64,000 nt of DNA from contig OZ059897.1 in assembly GCA_964057225.1 (NCBI GenBank), forward strand, positions 18,042,001 to 18,106,000. Reading direction: 5' to 3'. Of this stretch, positions 46,901-61,900 are shown in pieces (within the stretch, counting starts at the first letter, position 1; each line of letters opens with the position of its first letter). The notes beneath the pieces were generated by a model. It was not told where the DNA came from and ran no database searches. It worked only from the letters and a program-made list of their open reading frames with translations. A program made the position numbers and the translations under genes. This DNA is from Auanema rhodensis. Lineage: Eukaryota > Animalia > Nematoda.

Positions 46901-49900
46901 CATTGCTTCAAAAAACATTTTGACAAAAATTTTTTCGAAAAATTTCAAAATAATTTAGCAAAAAGTAGATGTTTTTAGATTCCATTTTTCAAGGCAAAGA
47001 CGATGGACAATGTTATTCAACGAAAAAATTAATTCTTCAGGGTGAAAATCGAGGATATAAGTGTGAACTTATATCAGTTGATATCTCGGTGCATTTTTAA
47101 GCTAGCGCAAATCTGATAACACAGATCGACGCAGCTTAAAAATCCGCATCGAATGCACTATACTACATTGAGAAACGCTTAATACAAAAATTAGTTATAA
47201 TCGTTTGAAAAATGATGCATTAGTGTATGTTGAGTTTCCATGTACACTCAACATTGCTTCCAAAAACATTTTGACAAAAATTTTTTCGAAAAATTTCAAA
47301 ATAATTTAGCAAAAAGTAGATGTTTTTAGATTCCATTTTTCAAGGCAAAGACGATGGACAATGTTATTCAACGAAAAAATTAATTCTTCAGGGTGAAAAT
47401 CGAAGATATAAGTGTGAACTTATATCAGTTGATATCTCGGTGCATTTTTAAGCTAGCGCAAATCTGATAACACAGATCGACGCAGCTTAAAAATCCGCAT
47501 CGAATGCACTATACTACATTGAGAAACGCTTAATACAAAAATTAGTTATAATCGTTTGAAAAATGATGCATTAGTGTATGTTGAGTTTCCATGTACACTC
47601 AACATTGCTTCCAAAAACATTTTGACAAAAATTTTTTCGAAAAATTTCAAAATAATTTAGCAAAAAGTAGATGTTTTTAGATTCCATTTTTCAAGGCAAA
47701 GACGATGGACAATGTTATTCAACGAAAAAATTAATTCTTCAGGGTGAAAATCGAAGATATAAGTGTGAACTTATATCAGTTGATATCTCGGTGCATTTTT
47801 AAGCTAGCGCAAATCTGATAACACAGATCGACGCAGCTTAAAAATCCGCATCGAATGCACTATACTACATTGAGAAACGCTTAATACAAAAATTAGTTAT
47901 AATCGTTTGAAAAATGATGCATTAGTGTATGTTGAGTTTCCATGTACACTCAACATTGCTTCCAAAAACATTTTGACAAAAATTTTTTCGAAAAATTTCA
48001 AAATAATTTAGCAAAAAGTAGATGTTTTTAGATTCCATTTTTCAAGGCAAAGACGATGTACAATGTTATTCAACGAAAAAATTAATTCTTCAGGGTGAAA
48101 ATCGAGGATATAAGTGTGAACTTATATCAGTTGATATCTCGGTGCATTTTTAAGCTAGCGCAAATCTGATAACACAGATCGACGCAGCTTAAAAATCCGC
48201 ATCGAATGCACTATACTACATTGAGAAACGCTTAATACAAAAATTAGTTATGATCGTTTGAAAAATGATGCATTAGTGTATGTTGAGTTTCCATGTACAC
48301 TCAACATTGCTTCCAAAAACATTTTGACAAAAACTTTTTCGAAAAATTTCAAAATAATTTAGCAAAAAGTAGATGTTTTTAGATTCCATTTTTCAAGGCA
48401 AAGACGATGGACAATGTTATTCAACGAAAAAATTAATTCTTCAGGGTGAAAATCGAGGATATAAGTGTGAACTTATATCAGTTGATATCTCGGTGCATTT
48501 TTAAGCTAGCGCAAATCTGATAACACAGATCGACGCAGCTTAAAAATCCGCATCGAATGCACTATACTACATTGAGAAACGCTTAATACAAAAATTAGTT
48601 ATAATCGTTTGAAAAATGATGCATTAGTGTATGTTGAGTTTCCATGTACACTCAACATTGCTTCCAAAAACATTTTGACAAAAATTTTTTCGAAAAATTT
48701 CAAAATAATTTAGCAAAAAGTAGATGTTTTTAGATTCCATTTTTCAAGGCAAAGACGATGGACAATGTTATTCAACGAAAAAATTAATTCTTCAGGGTGA
48801 AAATCGAGGATATAAGTGTGAACTTATATCAGTTGATATCTCGGTGCATTTTTAAGCTAGCGCAAATCTGATAACACAGATCGACGCAGCTTAAAAATCC
48901 GCATCGAATGCACTATACTACATTGAGAAACGCTTGATACAAAAATTAGTTATAATCGTTTGAAAAATGATGCATTAGTGTATGTTGAGTTTCCATGTAC
49001 ACTTAACATTGCTTCCAAAAACATTTTGACAAAAATTTTTTCGAAAAATTTCAAAATAGTTTACCAAAAAGTAGATGTTTTTAGATTCCATTTTTCAAGG
49101 CAAAGACGATGGACAATGTTATTCAACGAAAAAATTAATTCTTCAGGGTGAAAATCGAGGATATAAGTGTGAACTTATATCAGTTGATATCTCGGTGCAT
49201 TTTTAAGCTAGCGCAAATCTGATAACACAGATCGACGCAGCTTAAAAATCCGGATCGAATGCACTATACTACATTAAGAAACGCTTGATACAAAAATTAG
49301 TTATGATCGTTTGAAAAATGATGCATTAGTGTATGTTGAGTTTCCATGTACACTCAACATTGCTTCCAAAAACATTTTGACAAAAACTTTTTCGAAAAAT
49401 TTCAAAATAATTTAGCAAAAAGTAGATGTTTTTAGATTCCATTTTTCAAGGCAAAGACGATGGACAATGTTATTCAACGAAAAAATTAATTCTTCAGGGT
49501 GAAAATCGAGGATATAAGTGTGAACTTATATCAGTTGATATCTCGGTGCATTTTTAAGCTAGCGCAAATCTGATAACACAGATCGACGCAGCTTAAAAAT
49601 CCGCATCGAATGCACTATACTACATTGAGAAACGCTTAATACAAAAATTAGTTATGATCGTTTGAAAAATGATGCATTAGTGTATGTTGAGTTTCCATGT
49701 ACACTCAACATTGCTTCCAAAAACATTTTGACAAAAATTTTTTCGAAAAATTTCAAAATAATTTAGCAAAAAGTAGATGTTTTTAGATTCCTTTTTTCAA
49801 GGCAAAGACGATGGACAATGTTATTCAACGAAAAAATTAATTCTTCAGGGTGAAAATCGAGGATAAAAGTGTGAACTTATATCAGTTGATATCTCGGTGC

Positions 49901-52900
49901 ATTTTTAAGCTAGCGCAAATCTGATAACACAGATCGACGCAGCTTAAAAATCCGCATCGAATGCACTATACTACATTGAGAAACGCTTAATACAAAAATT
50001 AGTTATGATCGTTTGAAAAATGATGCATTAGTGTATGTTGAGTTTCCATGTACACTCAACATTGCTTCCAAAAACATTTTGACAAAAATTTTTTCGAAAA
50101 ATTTCAAAATAATTTAGCAAAAAGTAGATGTTTTTGGATTCCTTTTTTCAAGGCAAAGACGATGGACAATGTTATTCAACGAAAAAATTATTTCTTCAGG
50201 GTGAAAATCGAGGATATAAGTGTGAACTTATATCAGTTGATATATCGGTGCATTTTTAAGCTAGCGCAAATCTGATAACACAGATCGACGCAGCTTAAAA
50301 ATCCGCATCGAATGCACTATACTACATTAAGAAACGCTTGATACAAAAATTAGTTAAGATCGTTTGAAAAATGATGCATTAGTGTATGTTGAGTTTCCAT
50401 GTACACTCAACATTGCTTCCAAAAACATTTTGACAAAAATTTTTTCGAAAAATTTCAAAATAATTTAGCAAAAAGTAGATGTTTTTAGATTCCATTTTTC
50501 AAGGCAAAGACGATGGACAATGTTATTCAACGAAAAAAGTAATTCTTCAGGGTGAAAATCGAGGATATAAGTGTGAACTTATATCAGTTGATATCTCGGT
50601 GCATTTTTAAGCTAGCGCAAATCTGATAACACAGATCGACGCAGCTTAAAAATCCGCATCGAATGCACTATACTACATTGAGAAACGCTTAATACAAATA
50701 TTAGTTATAATCGTTTGAAAAATGATGCATTAGTGTATGTTGAGTTTCCATGTACACTTAACATTGCTTCCAAAAACATTTTGACAAAAATTTTTTCGAA
50801 AAATTTCAAAATAGTTTACTAAAAAGTAGATGTTTTTAGATTCCATTTTTCAAGGCAAAGACGATGGACAATGTTATTCAACGAAAAAATTAATTCTTCA
50901 GGGTGAAAATCGAAGATATAAGTGTGAACTTATATCAGTTGATATCTCGGTGCATTTTTAAGCTAGCGCAAATCTGATAACACAGATCGACGCAGCTTAA
51001 AAATCCGCATCGAATGCACTATACTACATCGAGAAACGCTTAATACAAAAATTAGTTATAATCGTTTGAAAAATGATGCATTAGTGTATGTTGAGTTTCC
51101 ATGTACACTTAACATTGCTTCCAAAAACATTTTGACAAAAATTTTTTCGAAAAATTTCAAAATAGTTTACTAAAAAGTAGATGTTTTTAGATTCCATTTT
51201 TCAAGGCAAAGACGATGGACAATGTTATTCAACGAAAAAATTAATTCTTCAGGGTGAAAATCGAAGATATAAGTGTGAACTTATATCAGTTGATATCTCG
51301 GTGCATTTTTAAGCTAGCGCAAATCTGATAACACAGATCGACGCAGCTTAAAAATCCGCATCGAATGCACTATACTACATCGAGAAACGCTTAATACAAA
51401 AATTAGTTATAATCGTTTGAAAAATGATGCATTAGTGTATGTTGAGTTTCCATGTACACTTAACATTGCTTCCAAAAACATTTTGACAAAAATTTTTTCG
51501 AAAAATTTCAAAATAGTTTACTAAAAAGTAGATGTTTTTAGATTCCATTTTTCAAGGCAAAGACGATGGACAATGTTATTCAACGAAAAAATTAATTCTT
51601 CAGGGTGAAAATCGAAGATATAAGTGTGAACTTATATCAGTTGATATCTCGGTGCATTTTTAAGCTAGCGCAAATCTGATAACACAGATCGACGCAGCTT
51701 AAAAATCCGCATCGAATGCACTATACTACATCGAGAAACGCTTAATACAAAAATTAGTTATAATCGTTTGAAAAATGATGCATTAGTGTATGTTGAGTTT
51801 CCATGTACACTCAACATTGCTTCCAAAAACATTTTGACAAAAATTTTTTCGAAAAATTTCAAAATAATTTAGCAAAAAGTAGATGTTTTTAGATTCCATT
51901 TTTCAAGGCAAAGACGATGGACAATGTTATTCAACGAAAAAATTAATTCTTCAGGGTGAAAATCGAAGATATAAGTGTGAACTTATATCAGTTGATATCT
52001 CGGTGCATTTTTAAGCTAGCGCAAATCTGATAACACAGATCGACGCAGCTTAAAAATCCGCATCGAATGCACTATACTACATTGAGAAACGCTTAATACA
52101 AAAATTAGTTATAATCGTTTGAAAAATGATGCATTAGTGTATGTTGAGTTTCCATGTACACTCAACATTGCTTCCAAAAACATTTTGACAAAAATTTTTT
52201 CGAAAAATTTCAAAATAATTTAGCAAAAAGTAGATGTTTTAAGATTCCATTTTTCAAGGCAAAGACGATGGACAATGTTATTCAACGAAAAAATTAATTC
52301 TTCAGGGTGAAAATCGAGGATATAAGTGTGAACTTATATCAGTTGATATCTCGGTGCATTTTTAAGCTAGCGCAAATCTGATAACACAGATCGACGCAGC
52401 TTAAAAATCCGCATCGAATGCACTATACTACATTGAGAAACGCTTAATACAAAAATTAGTTATGATCGTTTGAAAAATGATGCATTAGTGTATGTTGAGT
52501 TTCCATGTACACTCAACATTGCTTCCAAAAACATTTTGACAAAAATTTTTTCGAAAAATTTCAAAATAATTTAGCAAAAAGTAGATGTTTTTAGATTCCA
52601 TTTTTCAAGGCAAAGACGATGGACAATGTTATTCAACGAAAAAATTAATTCTTCAGGGTGAAAATCGAAGATATAAGTGTGAACTTATATCAGTTGATAT
52701 CTCGGTGCATTTTTAAGCTAGCGTAAATCTGATAACACAGATCGACGCAGCTTAAAAATCCGCATCGAATGCACTATACTACATTGAGAAACGCTTAATA
52801 CAAAAATTAGTTATAATCGTTTGAAAAATGATGCATTAGTGTATGTTGAGTTTCCATGTACACTCAACATTGCTTCCAAAAACATTTTGACAAAAATTTT

Positions 52901-55900
52901 TTCGAAAAATTTCAAAATAATTTAGCAAAAAGTAGATGTTTTTAGATTCCATTTTTCAAGGCAAAGACGATGGACAATGTTATTCAACGAAAAAATTAAT
53001 TCTTCAGGGTGAAAATCGAGGATATAAGTGTGAACTTATATCAGTTGATATCTCGGTGCATTTTTAAGCTAGCGCAAATCTGATAACACAGATCGACGCA
53101 GCTTAAAAATCCGCATCGAATGCACTAAACTACATTGAGAAACGCTTAATACAAAAATTAGTTATAATCGTTTGAAAAATGATGCATTAGTGTATGTTGA
53201 GTTTCCATGTACACTCAACATTGCTTCCAAAAACATTTTGACAAAAATTTTTTCGAAAAATTTCAAAATAATTTAGCAAAAAGTAGATGTTTTTAGATTC
53301 CATTTTTCAAGGCAAAGACGATGGACAATGTTATTCAACGAAAAAATTAATTCTTCAGGGTGAAAATCGAGGATATAAGTGTGAACTTATATCAGTTGAT
53401 ATCTCGGTGCATTTTTAAGCTAGCGCAAATCTGATGACACAGATCGACGCAGCTTAAAAATCCGCATCGAATGCACTATACTACATTGAGAAACGCTTAA
53501 TACAAAAATTAGTTATAATCGTTTGAAAAATGATGCATTAGTGTATGTTGAGTTTCCATGTACACTCAACATTGCTTCCAAAAACATTTTGACAAAAATT
53601 TTTTCGAAAAATTTCAAAATAATTTAGCAAAAAGTAGATGTTTTTAGATTCCATTTTTCAAGGCAAAGACGATGGACAATGTTATTCAACGAAAAAATTA
53701 ATTCTTCAGGGTGAAAATCGAAGATATAAGTGTGAACTTATATCAGTTGATATCTCGGTGCATTTTTAAGCTAGCGCAAATCTGATAACACAGATCGACG
53801 CAGCTTAAAAATCCGCATCGAATGCACTATACTACATCGAGAAACGCTTAATACAAAAATTAGTTATAATCGTTTGAAAAATGATGCATTAGTGTATGTT
53901 GAGTTTCCATGTACACTTAACATTGCTTCCAAAAACATTTTGACAAAAATTTTTTCGAAAAATTTCAAAATAGTTTACTAAAAAGTAGATGTTTTTAGAT
54001 TCCATTTTTCAAGGCAAAGACGATGGACAATGTTATTCAACGAAAAAATTAATTCTTCAGGGTGAAAATCGAAGATATAAGTGTGAACTTATATCAGTTG
54101 ATATCTCGGTGCATTTTTAAGCTAGCGCAAATCTGATAACACAGATCGACGCAGCTTAAAAATCCGCATCGAATGCACTATACTACATCGAGAAACGCTT
54201 AATACAAAAATTAGTTATAATCGTTTGAAAAATGATGCATTAGTGTATGTTGAGTTTCCATGTACACTCAACATTGCTTCCAAAAACATTTTGACAAAAA
54301 TTTTTTCGAAAAATTTCAAAATAATTTAGCAAAAAGTAGATGTTTTTAGATTCCATTTTTCAAGGCAAAGACGATGGACAATGTTATTCAACGAAAAAAT
54401 TAATTCTTCAGGGTGAAAATCGAAGATATAAGTGTGAACTTATATCAGTTGATATCTCGGTGCATTTTTAAGCTAGCGCAAATCTGATAACACAGATCGA
54501 CGCAGCTTAAAAATCCGCATCGAATGCACTATACTACATTGAGAAACGCTTAATACAAAAATTAGTTATAATCGTTTGAAAAATGATGCATTAGTGTATG
54601 TTGAGTTTCCATGTACACTCAACATTGCTTCCAAAAACATTTTGACAAAAATTTTTTCGAAAAATTTCAAAATAATTTAGCAAAAAGTAGATGTTTTAAG
54701 ATTCCATTTTTCAAGGCAAAGACGATGGACAATGTTATTCAACGAAAAAATTAATTCTTCAGGGTGAAAATCGAGGATATAAGTGTGAACTTATATCAGT
54801 TGATATCTCGGTGCATTTTTAAGCTAGCGCAAATCTGATAACACAGATCGACGCAGCTTAAAAATCCGCATCGAATGCACTATACTACATTGAGAAACGC
54901 TTAATACAAAAATTAGTTATGATCGTTTGAAAAATGATGCATTAGTGTATGTTGAGTTTCCATGTACACTCAACATTGCTTCCAAAAACATTTTGACAAA
55001 AATTTTTTCGAAAAATTTCAAAATAATTTAGCAAAAAGTAGATGTTTTTAGATTCCATTTTTCAAGGCAAAGACGATGGACAATGTTATTCAACGAAAAA
55101 ATTAATTCTTCAGGGTGAAAATCGAAGATATAAGTGTGAACTTATATCAGTTGATATCTCGGTGCATTTTTAAGCTAGCGTAAATCTGATAACACAGATC
55201 GACGCAGCTTAAAAATCCGCATCGAATGCACTATACTACATTGAGAAACGCTTAATACAAAAATTAGTTATAATCGTTTGAAAAATGATGCATTAGTGTA
55301 TGTTGAGTTTCCATGTACACTCAACATTGCTTCCAAAAACATTTTGACAAAAATTTTTTCGAAAAATTTCAAAATAATTTAGCAAAAAGTAGATGTTTTT
55401 AGATTCCATTTTTCAAGGCAAAGACGATGGACAATGTTATTCAACGAAAAAATTAATTCTTCAGGGTGAAAATCGAGGATATAAGTGTGAACTTATATCA
55501 GTTGATATCTCGGTGCATTTTTAAGCTAGCGCAAATCTGATAACACAGATCGACGCAGCTTAAAAATCCGCATCGAATGCACTAAACTACATTGAGAAAC
55601 GCTTAATACAAAAATTAGTTATAATCGTTTGAAAAATGATGCATTAGTGTATGTTGAGTTTCCATGTACACTCAACATTGCTTCCAAAAACATTTTGACA
55701 AAAATTTTTTCGAAAAATTTCAAAATAATTTAGCAAAAAGTAGATGTTTTTAGATTCCATTTTTCAAGGCAAAGACGATGGACAATGTTATTCAACGAAA
55801 AAATTAATTCTTCAGGGTGAAAATCGAGGATATAAGTGTGAACTTATATCAGTTGATATCTCGGTGCATTTTTAAGCTAGCGCAAATCTGATAACACAGA

Positions 55901-58900
55901 TCGACGCAGCTTAAAAATCCGCATCGAATGCACTATACTACATTGAGAAACGCTTGATACAAAAATTAGTTATGATCGTTTGAAAAATGATGCATTAGTG
56001 TATGTTGAGTTTCCATGTACACTCAACATTGCTTCCAAAAACATTTTGACAAAAATTTTTTCGAAAAATTTCAAAATAATTTAGCAAAAAGTAGATGTTT
56101 TTAGATTCCATTTTTCAAGGCAAAGACGATGGACAATGTTATTCAACGAAAAAATTAATTCTTCAGGGTGAAAATCGAGGATATAAGTGTGAACTTATAT
56201 CAGTTGATATCTCGGTGCATTTTTAAGCTAGCGCAAATCTGATGACACAGATCGACGCAGCTTAAAAATCCGCATCGAATGCACTATACTACATTGAGAA
56301 ACGCTTAATACAAAAATTAGTTATAATCGTTTGAAAAATGATGCATTAGTGTATGTTGAGTTTCCATGTACACTCAACATTGCTTCCAAAAACATTTTGA
56401 CAAAAATTTTTTCGAAAAATTTCAAAATAATTTAGCAAAAAGTAGATGTTTTTAGATTCCATTTTTCAAGGCAAAGACGATGGACAATGTTATTCAACGA
56501 AAAAATTAATTCTTCAGGGTGAAAATCGAAGATATAAGTGTGAACTTATATCAGTTGATATCTCGGTGCATTTTTAAGCTAGCGCAAATCTGATAACACA
56601 GATCGACGCAGCTTAAAAATCCGCATCGAATGCACTATACTACATTGAGAAACGCTTAATACAAAAATTAGTTATAATCGTTTGAAAAATGATGCATTAG
56701 TGTATGTTGAGTTTCCATGTACACTCAACATTGCTTCCAAAAACATTTTGACAAAAACTTTTTCGAAAAATTTCAAAATAATTTAGCAAAAAGTAGATGT
56801 TTTTAGATTCCATTTTTCAAGGCAAAGACGATGGACAATGTTATTCAACGAAAAAATTAATTCTTCAGGGTGAAAATCGAAGATATAAGTGTGAACTTAT
56901 ATCAGTTGATATCTCGGTGCATTTTTAAGCTAGCGTAAATCTGATAACACAGATCGACGCAGCTTAAAAATCCGCATCGAATGCACTATACTACATTGAG
57001 AAACGCTTAATACAAAAATTAGTTATAATCGTTTGAAAAATGATGCATTAGTGTATGTTGAGTTTCCATGTACACTCAACATTGCTTCCAAAAACATTTT
57101 GACAAAAATTTTTTCGAAAAATTTCAAAATAATTTAGCAAAAAGTAGATGTTTTTAGATTCCATTTTTCAAGGCAAAGACGATGGACAATGTTATTCAAC
57201 GAAAAAATTAATTCTTCAGGGTGAAAATCGAAGATATAAGTGTGAACTTATATCAGTTGATATCTCGGTGCATTTTTAAGCTAGCGCAAATCTGATAACA
57301 CAGATCGACGCAGCTTAAAAATCCGCATCGAATGCACTATACTACATTGAGAAACGCTTAATACAAAAATTAGTTATAATCGTTTGAAAAATGATGCATT
57401 AGTGTATGTTGAGTTTCCATGTACACTCAACATTGCTTCCAAAAACATTTTGACAAAAATTTTTTCGAAAAATTTCAAAATAATTTAGCAAAAAGTAGAT
57501 GTTTTTAGATTCCATTTTTCAAGGCAAAGACGATGGACAATGTTATTCAACGAAAAAATTAATTCTTCAGGGTGAAAATCGAAGATATAAGTGTGAACTT
57601 ATATCAGTTGATATCTCGGTGCATTTTTAAGCTAGCGTAAATCTGATAACACAGATCGACGCAGCTTAAAAATCCGCATCGAATGCACTATACTACATTG
57701 AGAAACGCTTAATACAAAAATTAGTTATAATCGTTTGAAAAATGATGCATTAGTGTATGTTGAGTTTCCATGTACACTCAACATTGCTTCCAAAAACATT
57801 TTGACAAAAATTTTTTCGAAAAATTTCAAAATAATTTAGCAAAAAGTAGATGTTTTTAGATTCCATTTTTCAAGGCAAAGACGATGGACAATGTTATTCA
57901 ACGAAAAAATTAATTCTTCAGGGTGAAAATCGAAGATATAAGTGTGAACTTATATCAGTTGATATCTCGGTGCATTTTTAAGCTAGCGCAAATCTGATAA
58001 CACAGATCGACGCAGCTTAAAAATCCGCATCGAATGCACTATACTACATTGAGAAACGCTTAATACAAAAATTAGTTATAATCGTTTGAAAAATGATGCA
58101 TTAGTGTATGTTGAGTTTCCATGTACACTCAACATTGCTTCCAAAAACATTTTGACAAAAATTTTTTCGAAAAATTTCAAAATAATTTAGCAAAAAGTAG
58201 ATGTTTTTAGATTCCATTTTTCAAGGCAAAGACGATGGACAATGTTATTCAACGAAAAAATTAATTCTTCAGGGTGAAAATCGAGGATATAAGTGTGAAC
58301 TTATATCAGTTGATATCTCGGTGCATTTTTAAGCTAGCGCAAATCTGATAACACAGATCGACGCAGCTTAAAAATCCGCATCGAATGCACTATACTACAT
58401 CGAGAAACGCTCAATACAAAAATTAGTTATAATCGTTTGAAAAATGATGCATTAGTGTATGTTGAGTTTCCATGTACACTTAACATTGCTTCCAAAAACA
58501 TTTTGACAAAAATTTTTTCGAAAAATTTCAAAATAGTTTACCAAAAAGTAGATGTTTTTAGATTCCATTTTTCAAGGCAAAGACGATGGACAATGTTATT
58601 CAACGAAAAAATTAATTCTTCAGGGTGAAAATCGAAGATATAAGTGTGAACTTATATCAGTTGATATCTCGGTGCATTTTTAAGCTAGCGTAAATCTGAT
58701 AACACAGATCGACGCAGCTTAAAAATCCGCATCGAATGCACTATACTACATTGAGAAACGCTTAATACAAAAATTAGTTATAATCGTTTGAAAAATGATG
58801 CATTAGTGTATGTTGAGTTTCCATGTACACTCAACATTGCTTCCAAAAACATTTTGACAAAAATTTTTTCGAAAAATTTCAAAATAATTTAGCAAAAAGT

Positions 58901-61900
58901 AGATGTTTTTAGATTCCATTTTTCAAGGCAAAGACGATGGACAATGTTATTCAACGAAAAAATTAATTCTTCAGGGTGAAAATCGAAGATATAAGTGTGA
59001 ACTTATATCAGTTGATATCTCGGTGCATTTTTAAGCTAGCGCAAATCTGATAACACAGATCGACGCAGCTTAAAAATCCGCATCGAATGCACTATACTAC
59101 ATTGAGAAACGCTTAATACAAAAATTAGTTATAATCGTTTGAAAAATGATGCATTAGTGTATGTTGAGTTTCCATGTACACTCAACATTGCTTCCAAAAA
59201 CATTTTGACAAAAATTTTTTCGAAAAATTTCAAAATAATTTAGCAAAAAGTAGATGTTTTTAGATTCCATTTTTCAAGGCAAAGACGATGGACAATGTTA
59301 TTCAACGAAAAAATTAATTCTTCAGGGTGAAAATCGAGGATATAAGTGTGAACTTATATCAGTTGATATCTCGGTGCATTTTTAAGCTAGCGTAAATCTG
59401 ATAACACAGATCGACGCAGCTTAAAAATCCGCATCGAATGCACTATACTACATTGAGAAACGCTTAATACAAAAATTAGTTATAATCGTTTGAAAAATGA
59501 TGCATTAGTGTATGTTGAGTTTCCATGTACACTTAACATTGCTTCCAAAAACATTTTGACAAAAATTTTTTCGAAAAATTTCAAAATAGTTTACCAAAAA
59601 GTAGATGTTTTTAGATTCCATTTTTCAAGGCAAAGACGATGGACAATGTTATTCAACGAAAAAATTAATTCTTCAGGGTGAAAATCGAAGATATAAGTGT
59701 GAACTTATATCAGTTGATATCTCGGTGCATTTTTAAGCTAGCGTAAATCTGATAACACAGATCGACGCAGCTTAAAAATCCGCATCGAATGCACTATACT
59801 ACATTGAGAAACGCTTAATACAAAAATTAGTTATAATCGTTTGAAAAATGATGCATTAGTGTATGTTGAGTTTCCATGTACACTCAACATTGCTTCCAAA
59901 AACATTTTGACAAAAATTTTTTCGAAAAATTTCAAAATAATTTAGCAAAAAGTAGATGTTTTTAGATTCCATTTTTCAAGGCAAAGACGATGGACAATGT
60001 TATTCAACGAAAAAATTAATTCTTCAGGGTGAAAATCGAAGATATAAGTGTGAACTTATATCAGTTGATATCTCGGTGCATTTTTAAGCTAGCGCAAATC
60101 TGATAACACAGATCGACGCAGCTTAAAAATCCGCATCGAATGCACTATACTACATTGAGAAACGCTTAATACAAAAATTAGTTATAATCGTTTGAAAAAT
60201 GATGCATTAGTGTATGTTGAGTTTCCATGTACACTCAACATTGCTTCCAAAAACATTTTGACAAAAATTTTTTCGAAAAATTTCAAAATAATTTAGCAAA
60301 AAGTAGATGTTTTTAGATTCCATTTTTCAAGGCAAAGACGATGGACAATGTTATTCAACGAAAAAATTAATTCTTCAGGGTGAAAATCGAGGATATAAGT
60401 GTGAACTTATATCAGTTGATATCTCGGTGCATTTTTAAGCTAGCGTAAATCTGATAACACAGATCGACGCAGCTTAAAAATCCGCATCGAATGCACTATA
60501 CTACATTGAGAAACGCTTAATACAAAAATTAGTTATAATCGTTTGAAAAATGATGCATTAGTGTATGTTGAGTTTCCATGTACACTTAACATTGCTTCCA
60601 AAAACATTTTGACAAAAATTTTTTCGAAAAATTTCAAAATAGTTTACCAAAAAGTAGATGTTTTTAGATTCCATTTTTCAAGGCAAAGACGATGGACAAT
60701 GTTATTCAACGAAAAAATTAATTCTTCAGGGTGAAAATCGAAGATATAAGTGTGAACTTATATCAGTTGATATCTCGGTGCATTTTTAAGCTAGCGTAAA
60801 TCTGATAACACAGATCGACGCAGCTTAAAAATCCGCATCGAATGCACTATACTACATTGAGAAACGCTTAATACAAAAATTAGTTATAATCGTTTGAAAA
60901 ATGATGCATTAGTGTATGTTGAGTTTCCATGTACACTCAACATTGCTTCCAAAAACATTTTGACAAAAATTTTTTCGAAAAATTTCAAAATAATTTAGCA
61001 AAAAGTAGATGTTTTTAGATTCCATTTTTCAAGGCAAAGACGATGGACAATGTTATTCAACGAAAAAATTAATTCTTCAGGGTGAAAATCGAAGATATAA
61101 GTGTGAACTTATATCAGTTGATATCTCGGTGCATTTTTAAGCTAGCGTAAATCTGATAACACAGATCGACGCAGCTTAAAAATCCGCATCGAATGCACTA
61201 TACTACATTGAGAAACGCTTAATACAAAAATTAGTTATAATCGTTTGAAAAATGATGCATTAGTGTATGTTGAGTTTCCATGTACACTTAACATTGCTTC
61301 CAAAAACATTTTGACAAAAATTTTTTCGAAAAATTTCAAAATAATTTAGCAAAAAGTAGATGTTTTTAGATTCCATTTTTCAAGGCAAAGACGATGGACA
61401 ATGTTATTCAACGAAAAAATTAATTCTTCAGGGTGAAAATCGAAGATATAAGTGTGAACTTATATCAGTTGATATCTCGGTGCATTTTTAAGCTAGCGTA
61501 AATCTGATAACACAGATCGACGCAGCTTAAAAATCCGCATCGAATGCACTATACTACATTGAGAAACGCTTAATACAAAAATTAGTTATAATCGTTTGAA
61601 AAATGATGCATTAGTGTATGTTGAGTTTCCATGTACACTCAACATTGCTTCCAAAAACATTTTGACAAAAATTTTTTCGAAAAATTTCAAAATAATTTAG
61701 CAAAAAGTAGATGTTTTTAGATTCCATTTTTCAAGGCAAAGACGATGGACAATGTTATTCAACGAAAAAATTAATTCTTCAGGGTGAAAATCGAAGATAT
61801 AAGTGTGAACTTATATCAGTTGATATCTCGGTGCATTTTTAAGCTAGCGAAAATCTGATAACACAGATCGACGCAGCTTAAAAATCCGCATCGAATGCAC